From assembly GCA_964446685.1 (NCBI GenBank), contig CAYUPO010000001.1, positions 104,502 to 168,501 of the forward strand: a DNA stretch of 64,000 nucleotides, read 5' to 3'. This document shows, in pieces, positions 8,997-19,787 of this stretch. Each line of letters starts with the position of its first letter. The first letter of the stretch is position 1. Source of the stretch: an uncultured Gammaproteobacteria bacterium. GTDB lineage: Bacteria > Patescibacteriota > Microgenomatia > Daviesbacterales > UBA10151. Below the pieces are notes generated by a model. The model had not been told where the DNA came from, did not search any database, and was given only the letters and a program-made list of their open reading frames with translations. The position numbers were made by a program, and so were the translations under genes.

Positions 8997-9523
8997 AAAT
9001 TATTTAAAATAAACTCCATTCTTTTTTCCGATTTCATAACAGGTACCCTGACAACCGTGTGACCATATTTTATATATGTTTCCTCTAATAAGCTATCTAT
9101 CTCTTTTGCTTCTTCTGCAGTCTCTGTTCTGGAATAATCTTTTGAGTATTGCAATAAATCAAAGATAAATACTTTTTTATATTTACTTAGTTTGGCAATT
9201 TCAGATAACTCATACTCATCTGTTATCCCACATTTTTTCAAATACGCAATGGAATCATGCATCCCCCTATCAAAAAAAATCATTTCATTCTTAGACAAAG
9301 ACTTTTCAAGTTGAATTTTTAAATTTACCTGAGCTTTTTGGAATTCAATTTCATTTTCTCTAATCTGTTCCAGAGTTCTACCTTTTTTCAACTCTTGATC
9401 AATTAGTTTTCTAGCAACCTCTTCAGTAATTTTAAACCCTTTTTTGCTTAATAATTTAAGCACTGTGGTTTTGCCTGATGATGGAGGACCTGTTATCACA
9501 TACCAATTATTCTGACTATTCAT
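8993..9523 (-). CDS. P-loop NTPase / predicted small kinase (AAA_28-like)
   Basis: 176 aa; Walker A GPPSSGKTT. Confidence 0.5.
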   Translation of the reverse strand: MNSQNNWYVITGPPSSGKTTVLKLLSKKGFKITEEVARKLIDQELKKGRTLEQIRENEIEFQKAQVNLKIQLEKSLSKNEMIFFDRGMHDSIAYLKKCGITDEYELSEIAKLSKYKKVFIFDLLQYSKDYSRTETAEEAKEIDSLLEETYIKYGHTVVRVPVMKSEKRMEFILNNL

Positions 9524-10468
9524 TTATGTGGTGTAAACACTTTTCCTGCCTACTTTCTGTCTTAATATTTGTCCTAAAACATGCCAGTTGCTAAAACTAA
9601 ATGAATTGACTCCTTTTGGAGGAGTTGCAACTTCTTGGTAATTTCCAAATAGTACATTCCCAGCAACAGCCATCTGACCATCTTTTACAGGGTCATCTCC
9701 AAAGTATATTACTTTATCAGCATGTTCATGAATTAAAGAAAGATCTAAGTCATCATGTGGGAAACCGGGTAAATCAAGCCATCTCCTTACTGCTAGTGCT
9801 AAAGAGAAGGGTGATGGCTTAACTATATTCTTACCATCAAGTGAAGAGACACCTCTAATGTCATCTTCTGACACAATAATATCTGGTTGAGACAATCCAT
9901 GTTTTTTAAATGTTTCTTCAATAAATAATTCATGACCTGAGGAAATATTTGCCGTTGTAATCGGGACACCTTCTTTTTTTAGATCATCGACAGTTTTCCA
10001 AAAATCAACAAATCCTCTACAAGGGCGTGGCCAAATATCTTTTTCAGATAATTTCATACCTATTTGGGGCATCATACTTCTTTGCTTTTGTCTAACAAAT
10101 ATTTCAGTCAATGCTTCCGTAGTTAATGGTTTTGTTAAATCCAATTCATACCCTTTTCCAACTGGCACATAACCATCTAGTAGCTCTAAGTTCTGGTGAG
10201 CGAATTCACCTGCTAAATTAACCAATTTAGCATTATTTCTTGCTGAAGAACCAGTAACAAGTGCTTTAACCACTTCGCTTGGGGCTCGGTTACGTAATCC
10301 ACCTTGAGCTAAATAAAGATTTAATCCCATTTTGCCAAACATCCTCTCAACAGTTTGTTCATAAGCTACTGGCACACTGGCAATCCCCGGCGCCATCTCG
10401 CTAGTCCTAAACTGGGTATTATCAAAATCAAACGCCAGTAATAATCCTTCAGGGGAATGGCGTTTCAT
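9524..10468 (-). CDS. HAD-like hydrolase (putative phosphatase)
   Basis: 314 aa; motif I FDFDNT, motif IV FGDDPVKD. Confidence 0.45.
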   Translation of the reverse strand: MKRHSPEGLLLAFDFDNTQFRTSEMAPGIASVPVAYEQTVERMFGKMGLNLYLAQGGLRNRAPSEVVKALVTGSSARNNAKLVNLAGEFAHQNLELLDGYVPVGKGYELDLTKPLTTEALTEIFVRQKQRSMMPQIGMKLSEKDIWPRPCRGFVDFWKTVDDLKKEGVPITTANISSGHELFIEETFKKHGLSQPDIIVSEDDIRGVSSLDGKNIVKPSPFSLALAVRRWLDLPGFPHDDLDLSLIHEHADKVIYFGDDPVKDGQMAVAGNVLFGNYQEVATPPKGVNSFSFSNWHVLGQILRQKVGRKSVYTT

Positions 10469-13400
10469 TTATTTAAAGTAGTTTACTCCGTTCCTGAATA
10501 TTTGTAAGCCAGGACCTTCAACTGGTAAATCTTTTCCATCTCTTTTGAGTTGTTCTTTGATAAGTGGCCAATTTGGTAATTGAGTGAAAAACATTGCTCT
10601 TTCAGGATGTGGCATCAGGCCAATGATCCTGCCTGTTTCATCTGTGATCGCAGCAATATCTTCAACTGCCCCATTTGGATTAGCTGGTAAATTTAGATAA
10701 TTACACATTTCACCTTTAAAATATCTGAGTGCCACCAATCCTTTCTGATTTATCATTTCTAAAGTTTCGTCCTCAGCATAAAATTTACCTTCGCCATGGG
10801 CGATCGGACAGGAAAAAGTATCTACATCTTTGACCCAGGGACTGTTTCCTTCAGCTTTCAGGTCCACCCATCTGTCGGTATAGGTAGCATTATCATTGTG
10901 CAAAATAGCAACCTGCTTTTGACCATATTTTTTATCAACCGCCGGAAAAAGTCCCAGATTTGCTAGGACCTGACAACCATTGCAGATACCGATAACAAGC
11001 CTATCCAGACTGATAAACCGCTCTAAATCTTCCCATAAATTGTTTTTTAATTTATTGGCAAAACCATTTCCGGAACCGGTATCATCACCAAAAGAAAACC
11101 CGCCTGGAATTGCTAAAATCTGATAATTTTTCAATAATTTTTTATTAGCTATCAGATCATTAATATGCAGGATATCAGCTTTTCCTCCAACTTTTTCAAA
11201 AGCTGTTTTAGTTTCCATCTCACAGTTGATTCCGTAGCCTGTCAGAACAGCAGCTTTTGGTGTAATTGCTGAACTTTGATGAGCAAAAGTTGATTTGTAC
11301 GATGAATACATCTGATCCAATGGAAGATCAACTATCTCTTCACTTGCAACTCCTTTGATTTTAACTTTCTTGTTTTGGGTAACAGATCCTAGAAAGCTGA
11401 TAGGGAGATCTTTAAATAAAGACTCAAACTGCGGTTTATTTTTTGGATCAATACTGACTAATATTCGGCCAGCTGATTCAGAAAATAAAAGAGTCTGATT
11501 ATTGCCTGTAATATTTTCCAAAGAAATATCAATTCCCAGTTGTCCGGCGAGGGCCATTTTTGATAGAGCAATTATTAATCCGCCACGGGTAACACTGACA
11601 CTGCTGGCTAATAAATTATTTTTAATTGACTGATGTAATACCTGATAAAGTTTTTTGTTTCGGTCAATATCCACATCAGGCAATGAATTGCCGGGTGCAA
11701 ATTCATTATTTTTTTCTGAAAGATATTGATAGTACTCCGAGCCACCTAAGATATCTTTTGTTTCACCCAACAGGTATATCAGATCACCTGGTATTTTAGC
11801 GTCCATTGAGACCACTTTTGTGACATCTTCGATAACCGAAATGGAAGATATTACAAGGGTTGGAGGGACTGAGATTTTGACAGCATTACCTGATTCGTCA
11901 AATCCTTTGAAATCATTAAACATGCTGTCTTTTCCGGATATAAACGGCGCGCCATATCCAACTGCCGCATCATAACAACCTTTAGCAGCCAGTTTTAATT
12001 GTCCGAGTCTTTCTTCTTCAAAGGATGAACACCAGCAGAAATTATCCAGCAAAGCAATTTTATCCGGATCTGCACCAACAGAAACTAAGTTTCTGACAGC
12101 TGTATCTACTGAAATAAGCGCCATTTGGTAGGGATCTATCTCGGAATAACCTGGGAAAAGTGCCTGAGAAACAGCAGCCCCTTTTAATGAATCAGGCAGC
12201 GGCTTGATAACTGATGTTTCTCCATTTACTCTCCCTCTCCCCTGGAGGGGTTTCAGTACTGTCATGGATTGGACCTCATGGTCATACTGAGTGGAAATAA
12301 ATTCAAAACTAGTGATATTAAGTCTTTTAACCAGATCAACTGTAACCTCGTTATAATCACTGACATCAGGAATAACCGGATTTTTAAAATCCGGCTTAAT
12401 CCATTTTGAAGTTAACTGTCTTTCAGGCAGGCCATCATGCAAAAATTCAAGATTAATATCCAAAATCTTTTTTGAATCCAGAAAAACTTCACATTTTCCG
12501 GAATCTGTAAATTCCCCGATTGCAGTGGCTTCAACTCCTCTTTGTTCAAGAAGCAATTTAAGCTGCTGCCATTTATCCTGCGGAACTGCCAATGTCATTC
12601 TTTCCTGTGATTCAGAGATCCAGATCTGCCATGGATCAAGCCCGGGATATTTTAGAGGCACTTTTTCTAAATCAACTCGACAGCCGCCGGATTCTTTTGC
12701 CATCTCAGCTACTGAACAAGATAAACCACCGGCGCCATTGTCAGTAATACTGTGATATAGCTCCTGAAATACGGCTTCTTTACTCAAGGCATCTGAAAAC
12801 TTTTTTTGAGTGATCGGATCCCCAATCTGAACAGCCGTTGAAGGAGAACCACTATCTAAAGCTTCCGAAGAAAAAGTAGCTCCATGTATCCCGTCAAGTC
12901 CGACTCTGCCCCCTAACATGACAACCAGATCTCCGGGTCTGGCTTTTTTCTGAAACGATTTTTTGCCATTTATCTCTCGTTGAATCAACCCTAAAGTCCC
13001 GACAAAAACTAATGGTTTTCCTTTGTATCTGTCATCAAAATAAATAAATCCCTGAGTAGTCGGTATTCCAGATTGGTTTCCTCCTGAATTAACACCGGCG
13101 ATCACCCCATCCATAATTCTTTTGGGAGATAACATCGCCTGGGTCAGCCCGCTATCTTTAAACAAAGGTTTATGATCATCCGGATCAGCGAAACAAAAAC
13201 CATAAGTATTCAAAATTGGCCTTGCTCCCATGCCAAAACCAAGTGCATCTCTGTTTACTCCGACAATTCCTGTAATTGCACCACCAAATGGATCAAGCGC
13301 TGATGGGGTGTTATGAGTTTCGACTTTGTGAGTTATCAGATACTGATCATCAAAGGCAATAGCACCTGAGTTGTCTGTAAAAACTGAAACACAAAAGTCA

Positions 13401-14239
13401 TTATCACCTTTTTGTTTGCGGATTTTCTCAGTGGCTTTTTTAATAAATGTTTTATACAAACCCTCTGGTACATCATCATCCATTGGGGACGCAAAGATTG
13501 TATGTTTACAGTGTTCCGACCAGGTCTGAGCTAAAGATTCTAATTCAATATCTGTTGGATTTCTTTTTAATTTTTTGAAATATTTCTGAATAGTTTTCAT
13601 ATAAAGCAGATCAAGTGCCAAAGGGCCCCGTCTGGTACCATCCTGGTTGGCAATTCCTTCTTTGCCGATTTTGGTTAATTCTGCATCGGAAACATTTAAA
13701 TCAACTTCACTGACCTGAGCTTTTGTTGTTAAAGTTACTTTTGGCACAATCAAATCCATTCCCTGATCTTTTTTATATTGCTGACTATCTTTTAAATGAA
13801 CTCTCTGAATAATTGGATTAATCAAACTTTCAGCCAACTGCTTAATTTCTCCATTTCCTCCATTTGTTCTGAAAAAAATTAATTGAGAAGTATAGACATT
13901 TTCGCCCTCAATAAACTTTATTTTTAATAAGTCTTCAATTATTTCTTTGGTGGTATGGGCAACATTATCTGTTACTCCCGGAAGAAAACCAATTTCAACC
14001 GCATAATCTGCTCCGTTCATTTCTGAGTTATTTAAAGAAATTTTTTGAGTTAAAGGATTTGTTAGGGCTGATGTTATTTTGAGTATTTGTGAAGAATTAA
14101 ATTCTTTATCAATCGTATATACATCAATAACCTGAGCATCTGAAACTAAAAGCCCTGGAAAAACTGCTTGAATTTTTTGGACAAAATGTGATGCTCTTGA
14201 ATCTGGTACTTTCGAGGAAACCTCTAGACGTCGCGCCAT
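10469..14239 (-). CDS. purL: phosphoribosylformylglycinamidine synthase, large single-chain form (PurL with fused glutaminase domain)
   Basis: 1256 aa; FGAM synthetase AIR-synthase-like repeats plus C-terminal class-I GATase (GICNGCQ, HGEG, MPHPER). Confidence 0.9.
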   Translation of the reverse strand: MARRLEVSSKVPDSRASHFVQKIQAVFPGLLVSDAQVIDVYTIDKEFNSSQILKITSALTNPLTQKISLNNSEMNGADYAVEIGFLPGVTDNVAHTTKEIIEDLLKIKFIEGENVYTSQLIFFRTNGGNGEIKQLAESLINPIIQRVHLKDSQQYKKDQGMDLIVPKVTLTTKAQVSEVDLNVSDAELTKIGKEGIANQDGTRRGPLALDLLYMKTIQKYFKKLKRNPTDIELESLAQTWSEHCKHTIFASPMDDDVPEGLYKTFIKKATEKIRKQKGDNDFCVSVFTDNSGAIAFDDQYLITHKVETHNTPSALDPFGGAITGIVGVNRDALGFGMGARPILNTYGFCFADPDDHKPLFKDSGLTQAMLSPKRIMDGVIAGVNSGGNQSGIPTTQGFIYFDDRYKGKPLVFVGTLGLIQREINGKKSFQKKARPGDLVVMLGGRVGLDGIHGATFSSEALDSGSPSTAVQIGDPITQKKFSDALSKEAVFQELYHSITDNGAGGLSCSVAEMAKESGGCRVDLEKVPLKYPGLDPWQIWISESQERMTLAVPQDKWQQLKLLLEQRGVEATAIGEFTDSGKCEVFLDSKKILDINLEFLHDGLPERQLTSKWIKPDFKNPVIPDVSDYNEVTVDLVKRLNITSFEFISTQYDHEVQSMTVLKPLQGRGRVNGETSVIKPLPDSLKGAAVSQALFPGYSEIDPYQMALISVDTAVRNLVSVGADPDKIALLDNFCWCSSFEEERLGQLKLAAKGCYDAAVGYGAPFISGKDSMFNDFKGFDESGNAVKISVPPTLVISSISVIEDVTKVVSMDAKIPGDLIYLLGETKDILGGSEYYQYLSEKNNEFAPGNSLPDVDIDRNKKLYQVLHQSIKNNLLASSVSVTRGGLIIALSKMALAGQLGIDISLENITGNNQTLLFSESAGRILVSIDPKNKPQFESLFKDLPISFLGSVTQNKKVKIKGVASEEIVDLPLDQMYSSYKSTFAHQSSAITPKAAVLTGYGINCEMETKTAFEKVGGKADILHINDLIANKKLLKNYQILAIPGGFSFGDDTGSGNGFANKLKNNLWEDLERFISLDRLVIGICNGCQVLANLGLFPAVDKKYGQKQVAILHNDNATYTDRWVDLKAEGNSPWVKDVDTFSCPIAHGEGKFYAEDETLEMINQKGLVALRYFKGEMCNYLNLPANPNGAVEDIAAITDETGRIIGLMPHPERAMFFTQLPNWPLIKEQLKRDGKDLPVEGPGLQIFRNGVNYFK

Positions 14240-14292
14240 GAAGATATACCTATTCTACAGATTGCTGTAACTAAGTCAAGGGCAACAAGTGG

Positions 14293-14340
14293 ATTAATTT
14301 GAAATTTGAAATTAGAAATTAGAAATTAGAAATTTAAATT
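14293..14340. repeat. AT-rich tandem heptamers (GAAATTA/TTTCTAA x5) just downstream of the pgi stop
   Basis: read directly. Confidence 0.6.
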
Positions 14341-14344
14341 GTAC

Positions 14345-15970
14345 TTATGCTTGATTTAAATATTTTTTTATCAGAGTTGTAGTAGAGCTATCATGAGATC
14401 CCTCTGCAACTGTCCGACTCTTTAATTCGGTTAGTACTTTTGATGCTAATACTTTGCCTAGTTCTACTCCAAATTGATCAAATGAATTTATTCCCCAGAT
14501 CACTCCTTCAACAAATATTTTATGTTCATAAAGAGCAATAAGCTCGCCAAAACTACGCGGAGTTAATTTTGGTAACAATAAACTATTTGATGGCCGATTA
14601 CCGGTAAAAGTCCGATGTGGAATTAGTTCTTCTGCTACTCCTTCCGCTTTTAACTGTGCTGCTGTTTTGCCAAAAGCTAAAGCTTCTGTTTGGGCAAAAA
14701 AATTGGCCATTAATTTATCATGATGATCACCCACTGGATTTAGTGACTGTTGAAAACCTATAAAATCACAGGGTATCAGTTTGGTTCCTTGATGAATTAA
14801 CTGGTAAAAAGCATGCTGCCCATTGGTACCTGATTCACCCCAAATAATTTGACCAGTCTGATAGTCTACCCATTCGCCTTTTTTGGTAACAGATTTACCA
14901 TTTGATTCCATTTCAGCCTGCTGCAAATAGGCCGGTAATCGGTGAAGATACTGATCATAAGGCAAAATTGCCTGAGTTTGGCAGCCATAAAAATTGTTAT
15001 ACCAGACTTCAATCAGAGCCAAAATAACCGGCATATTTTTATCAAAAGGGGCCGTTCTAAAATGCTGATCCATTTCATGGAATCCATCCAGCATCAAGTT
15101 AAAATTATCCGGACCGATAGCGATCATTAATGACAATCCAATCGCACTGCAAAGTGAATATCTCCCGCCGACAAAATCCCAAAAAGGAAAAACACTGCTG
15201 GCATGAATCCCAAATTTCGTAACTTCATTTAAATTAGTAGATAAAGCAACAAAATGCCTGTTAATAGCACTATTATTTTTTAGTGAATTTAATAACCATT
15301 CTTTGGCAGTCTGAGCATTAGTCATGGTCTCCTGAGTAGTAAAAGTTTTTGAAGCAATAATAAAGAGTGTTTCTGCAGGATCAATACCTCTTAAAGTCTC
15401 AGCTAAATGGGTACCATCAATATTTGAAACAAAGCTAACTGTAATTTTTCTATCTGAATATGCCTTGAGTGCTTCATAGGCCATCATTGGTCCCAGATCC
15501 GACCCCCCAATTCCAATATTAATAATGTTTTTGATTGGTTTTCCTGTAAAACCTGTCCATTCGCCGTTACGGATTTTAAAAGCAAACTCCCTCATCTGGC
15601 CCAAAACTTGAGCGATTTCTGCCATCACATTGATATCATCCACCCGCAAATCTTTGGAATATCTGTCGCGAAGTGCACTGTGTAAAACAGCTCTGTTTTC
15701 AGTGGTATTTATTTTTTTACCGGAAAACATCTCATCGATCTGTTTTCTCAGGTCAATCTCTTTAAAAAGCTCACCAAATATCTGAAAAACTTCATCATCA
15801 ATTCTATTTTTAGAATAATCAAGATAAATTGATCCGGCCTGTAATGAATAAACCTTTCCCCTGAGAGGATTTTGGACAAAAAATTCTTTGATCTGTTTAT
15901 TTTTTGTCTGCTGATAGTGAGTAAGAAGTTTTTGATAAGAAGGTAATGTAGAAAATTTAGTCATGATCAA
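14345..15970 (-). CDS. pgi: glucose-6-phosphate isomerase (Pgi)
   Basis: 541 aa; PGI family signatures. Confidence 0.9.
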   Translation of the reverse strand: MIMTKFSTLPSYQKLLTHYQQTKNKQIKEFFVQNPLRGKVYSLQAGSIYLDYSKNRIDDEVFQIFGELFKEIDLRKQIDEMFSGKKINTTENRAVLHSALRDRYSKDLRVDDINVMAEIAQVLGQMREFAFKIRNGEWTGFTGKPIKNIINIGIGGSDLGPMMAYEALKAYSDRKITVSFVSNIDGTHLAETLRGIDPAETLFIIASKTFTTQETMTNAQTAKEWLLNSLKNNSAINRHFVALSTNLNEVTKFGIHASSVFPFWDFVGGRYSLCSAIGLSLMIAIGPDNFNLMLDGFHEMDQHFRTAPFDKNMPVILALIEVWYNNFYGCQTQAILPYDQYLHRLPAYLQQAEMESNGKSVTKKGEWVDYQTGQIIWGESGTNGQHAFYQLIHQGTKLIPCDFIGFQQSLNPVGDHHDKLMANFFAQTEALAFGKTAAQLKAEGVAEELIPHRTFTGNRPSNSLLLPKLTPRSFGELIALYEHKIFVEGVIWGINSFDQFGVELGKVLASKVLTELKSRTVAEGSHDSSTTTLIKKYLNQA

Positions 15971-16020
15971 AAAGTAGCACTTTCACCTCAATCTATCAAG
16001 CTTTCTTTTTGGTAATCCAT

Positions 16021-16049
16021 TTACAAAGAGCTGGTAACCAACTAGAATC
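16021..16049 (+). promoter_or_regulatory. candidate sigma70-type promoter TTTACA-17-TAGAAT, 6 bp upstream of the zwf ATG; no SD, so possibly a leaderless transcript
   Basis: hexamers and 17-bp spacing read directly from the sequence; no Shine-Dalgarno before ATG at 16055. Confidence 0.3.
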
Positions 16050-16054
16050 TATCC

Positions 16055-17518
16055 ATGGAATCTTTGCAGCTGATTATCTTTGGAATTACAGGTAACTTAG
16101 TTCAAAAATATATTCTCCAGGCTCTTTATGACATGGCTGAGAAAGGTTTACTTCCGGAAAATCTTTCAATTATTGGCAATGCCAGAAAGCCAAAATCCAC
16201 AGAAGAATTCCAAGAATACTTATCTGAAGTGCTTCATGCAGATAATGTTCACCACCAGCATCCGATCAAACCGGAAATATTTAATGATCTGGTCAATAAA
16301 ATAACTTATATTGATGGCAATTTAGATGATCCTGATTTTTATGTCAGACTCAAAAAATACCTTGATCAGCTAAATCCATCCCATACTGGTAAAACCAACC
16401 GGATTTTTTATCTGGCAACTTATCCTGAGCTTTACCAGCATGTCTTTGAAAACCTTAAAAAACAGTCTCTCAATGAACAGACAGATGGCTGGGTCAGGCT
16501 GATGGTGGAAAAACCTTTTGGACATGATCTGACAAGCGCTCAACATCTCAATAAGCAACTTTTACAATATTTTACTGAAGACCAAATCTACCGGATGGAT
16601 CACTATCTGGGCAAAGAAACCTTGCAGAATATTCTGACATTCAGGTTTGGAAATGGTATTTTTGAACCATTAATGAACAGTGAATATGTTGATCATATTC
16701 AGATTACTGCTTCTGAGGATTTTGGGATTGGTAAAAGAGGCGGATATTATGACACTGTTGGTGCTTTGAAAGATGTTGGCCAGAACCATCAGTTGCAAAT
16801 GCTGGCTTTTGCCACAATGGATGCTCCTGAAGAATTTACCAATCAGGCGGTAACTTCAAAAAGAGCTAAAATTTTACAAAATCTGGTTTCAGACCCTGAG
16901 CATCTGGTATTTGGTCAATACGAAGGATATAAAGAAGAAGAAAATGTAAACCCAGAGTCAGAGACTGAGTCATTTTATGCATTTAAAACTGAGATTAAAA
17001 CAGACAGATGGCAGGGAGTACCAATTTATGTCCGAGCCGGAAAGAAACTCAAACAGACTGCCACAGAAATTGCTGTTGTCTTTAAAATACCGGAAAACCG
17101 GCTTTTTAAATCTCATGAAGCTGGAATGATCCCAAATGTACTTTTTTTCCGGATCCAACCAAACGAAGGAATTGTTATGCGAATTCTCTCAAAAAAACCG
17201 GGTGCAGGTGTCACTCTGGAACCAACTTACATGCAGTTTTGTTATAAACAAGATTCAGAGTTTCACACTCTGCCTGATCCATATGAAAGGCTGATCTCAG
17301 ATGCTATCCGAGGTGATCAGACATTTTTTAATGCAGCAGATGAAGTGGAAGCACAATGGGCGTTTATTGATCCATTAACAGATGCTAAAGTCAAAGCCCA
17401 TCCATACAAACCAGGCAGCTGGGGACCGGAAGCAGCAGATGAGCTAATCAAAAAAGACGGCCGAGAATGGCTAGAACCATCCGAAGAGTTCTGCGCCATC
17501 CCACCCTATAATCCCTGA
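16055..17518 (+). CDS. zwf: glucose-6-phosphate 1-dehydrogenase (Zwf)
   Basis: 487 aa; N-terminal Rossmann FGITGNL, DHYLGKE motif. Confidence 0.9.
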   Translation: MESLQLIIFGITGNLVQKYILQALYDMAEKGLLPENLSIIGNARKPKSTEEFQEYLSEVLHADNVHHQHPIKPEIFNDLVNKITYIDGNLDDPDFYVRLKKYLDQLNPSHTGKTNRIFYLATYPELYQHVFENLKKQSLNEQTDGWVRLMVEKPFGHDLTSAQHLNKQLLQYFTEDQIYRMDHYLGKETLQNILTFRFGNGIFEPLMNSEYVDHIQITASEDFGIGKRGGYYDTVGALKDVGQNHQLQMLAFATMDAPEEFTNQAVTSKRAKILQNLVSDPEHLVFGQYEGYKEEENVNPESETESFYAFKTEIKTDRWQGVPIYVRAGKKLKQTATEIAVVFKIPENRLFKSHEAGMIPNVLFFRIQPNEGIVMRILSKKPGAGVTLEPTYMQFCYKQDSEFHTLPDPYERLISDAIRGDQTFFNAADEVEAQWAFIDPLTDAKVKAHPYKPGSWGPEAADELIKKDGREWLEPSEEFCAIPPYNP

Positions 17519-17580
17519 CATTTACTCTACATTGCTATCTGTTCAATTAGTATTTCCAAGTTTATAATCTGAAAATAAGA

Positions 17581-18033
17581 ATGCCTAAAGAAAAACATAT
17601 TATAAAAGATCCAAGATTTGATGATCAAGCGACAGAAGCTTTTACTAGAGCTGAAAGAACTAGGGATCATTTTGGTCACGATCTGATAATTCCTGAGACT
17701 CTGGTTATGGCTATTATTATAGATCCATCAACCCATCCATTTATAAATCCACAGATCCCTAATCAGTCTTTGTTGGAAAGATATATTAAAGATATCCCTG
17801 CTTCACGCCACACACCGAAAGATTCAGAATATGATATTTGGGATCAATATGTTGAGTGGGCTATTAATCAATCAGTAATTAAACGCAAACAGGTTCGAAT
17901 ACCAGATCTTTTTGATTATCTTTATTTAACAGATCCAATGATGGATTTCAGATTTGCACTTACAAATGCTACTCCTGTGAATGTGACAGTAGTAAATTCC
18001 CCTAAGTCAAATCGTAGAAGATATTTATCTTAA
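17581..18033 (+). CDS. hypothetical protein
   Basis: 150 aa ORF. Confidence 0.35.
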   Translation: MPKEKHIIKDPRFDDQATEAFTRAERTRDHFGHDLIIPETLVMAIIIDPSTHPFINPQIPNQSLLERYIKDIPASRHTPKDSEYDIWDQYVEWAINQSVIKRKQVRIPDLFDYLYLTDPMMDFRFALTNATPVNVTVVNSPKSNRRRYLS

Positions 18034-18034
18034 A

Positions 18035-18361
18035 TTAATAAACAGATAAAGCTAAAACTATCCTGCTGCCCCCGAAAATTTCTACCAAATGGGATATTCT
18101 ATCAGGATTTTTTCTTGAAGGTAATTGATCTGGTATTTCTGAAAAAACGTTGGGTTTTTCTTTACATCTAAGGAGGGGTGCTTGATAATCCCTTAAATAA
18201 TTTCTAACCACGTTAAGTTCAACTTCTCCTAAACTCCCAACTATCTGGCCTCTTTGTTCTGGCGTGAGTCTATTTTCGTAATCGGCTGCTTTTGGCATAA
18301 ATTTAATCTGACAGGAACCTGACATTTGTCTGATTTTTCTCTGTCTGTGGTAAATGTACAT
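18035..18361 (-). CDS. hypothetical protein
   Basis: 108 aa ORF. Confidence 0.3.
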   Translation of the reverse strand: MYIYHRQRKIRQMSGSCQIKFMPKAADYENRLTPEQRGQIVGSLGEVELNVVRNYLRDYQAPLLRCKEKPNVFSEIPDQLPSRKNPDRISHLVEIFGGSRIVLALSVY

Positions 18362-18419
18362 CTCTGTGTTATGCCTGTCAATAGGCTATGGGGTGAGATT
18401 TGTGCGTAGAATGTATGAA

Positions 18420-19367
18420 TTATGTAAGTTTTCTACCGGTTGAACTAACTGGGGTGTTTTTACTGACTTCATGCTGGCCAAATTTACCTCTCATAGCTGA
18501 TGTCAGTTTATTGCGATAGCCGTTTGGAGATGATTCTTCAATATTTTCGGATTCAACCCTGATATCAAATGAATCCTTAATCACTCTGGCCTCTACTCCC
18601 AGATCCTCCGCCACTTTAACAGTCCATTCGCCTTCTCCGGTATGTCCGATTTTTGAGGAATAAACTCCCAGTTCAGGATCTTCTTTCAGAGCATCTAGTG
18701 CCCAACCAACTAAACGGGACTCGACCACTGAACGATTGTTGTAAACTCTAAATATCTCAACCATATCCAGATCAAAATCAGATGACTTTAAAATGGCAGC
18801 ACCTTCTGAGATAGCTTCCATCATGCCGTATTCAATACCGTTGTGAACCATTTTGGCAAAATGCCCGGCACCAACAGGACCAAAGTGACCATAGGCATCG
18901 GGGGAGGCAATTTTTTTAGCCAAATCTTTAATTAATTCATAATCTTCTTTTTCGCCACCAATCATCAGACAAGCACCTGTCCGGGATCCGCCTGGTCCTC
19001 CGGAAGTACCGATATCCATAAAATGAACACCGGTTGGTTTAATCTTTTCTGAGCGTCTTAAAGTGTCTTTGTAAAAGGAATTTCCTCCATCAATCAGTAA
19101 ATCTCCTGGTTCAAGGAGAGGGAGAACTTTATCAATAAATTCATCTGTCACTTCCCCTGCAGGAAGCATCAACCAGATAACGCGAGGAGTTTCAAGTTTG
19201 GATACCAAATCGGCAACATCTTGGGCGGGGATTGCACCCGATTGTGTAACTTCTTCAAGAGGTTCTGGGGACCTGTTCCAGGCAACGACTTCCTGGCCTT
19301 GCTCAAGCAAGTGTAAAACCATATTTTTGCCCATCCGGCCTAAACCAACATAACCAAGTTTCATCAC
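18420..19367 (-). CDS. gnd: 6-phosphogluconate dehydrogenase, decarboxylating, short-form (Gnd/YqeC-like)
   Basis: 315 aa; GYVGLGRMGKNM NAD(P) fold; 6PGDH-like body; sits with zwf/pgi. Confidence 0.8.
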   Translation of the reverse strand: MMKLGYVGLGRMGKNMVLHLLEQGQEVVAWNRSPEPLEEVTQSGAIPAQDVADLVSKLETPRVIWLMLPAGEVTDEFIDKVLPLLEPGDLLIDGGNSFYKDTLRRSEKIKPTGVHFMDIGTSGGPGGSRTGACLMIGGEKEDYELIKDLAKKIASPDAYGHFGPVGAGHFAKMVHNGIEYGMMEAISEGAAILKSSDFDLDMVEIFRVYNNRSVVESRLVGWALDALKEDPELGVYSSKIGHTGEGEWTVKVAEDLGVEARVIKDSFDIRVESENIEESSPNGYRNKLTSAMRGKFGQHEVSKNTPVSSTGRKLT

Positions 19368-19397
19368 ATTGAATATACTACCTCAAAAGGAAGATGT

Positions 19398-19637
19398 CTA
19401 GCGTTTTGGAAGATATGAAGGACGATAGTATGAACTAGCAGGAGGAACTTCATGTAATCTGAACCTACTGGTAGGAGGTCTTTGAGTTAATTGTTGAATA
19501 GTATTAACTGTTTCCTGAATCCTAGAATTAGGATCAGCATTAAATTGCCTCCATTGGTCAGCAATTAATTCTGTTTGCACGTAAGGAGTAAGATGGGCAG
19601 CTACTTCCGCCTGAATAATTTCTTTTGAAATGGGCAT
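19398..19637 (-). CDS. hypothetical protein
   Basis: 79 aa ORF. Confidence 0.25.
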   Translation of the reverse strand: MPISKEIIQAEVAAHLTPYVQTELIADQWRQFNADPNSRIQETVNTIQQLTQRPPTSRFRLHEVPPASSYYRPSYLPKR

Positions 19638-19787
19638 AATATATTTATACTTAATTAAATTATATTAATCAAGATATTATTTATGTTAATTTTTGTCTAA
19701 ATTAATGCTAATTATGTTTTTGTGATTAATTGTCTTAATATTGTCCAATTAGTTTTGTTTTGGTTTGGTAATTTGTATACTGAATAT

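Noticed and set aside
12525-12755. Small plus-strand ORFs inside purL, zwf, topA and other long genes (e.g. 12525-12755, 16370-16558, 59243-59512)
   Set aside because: All are embedded antisense or out-of-frame within well-supported long genes.
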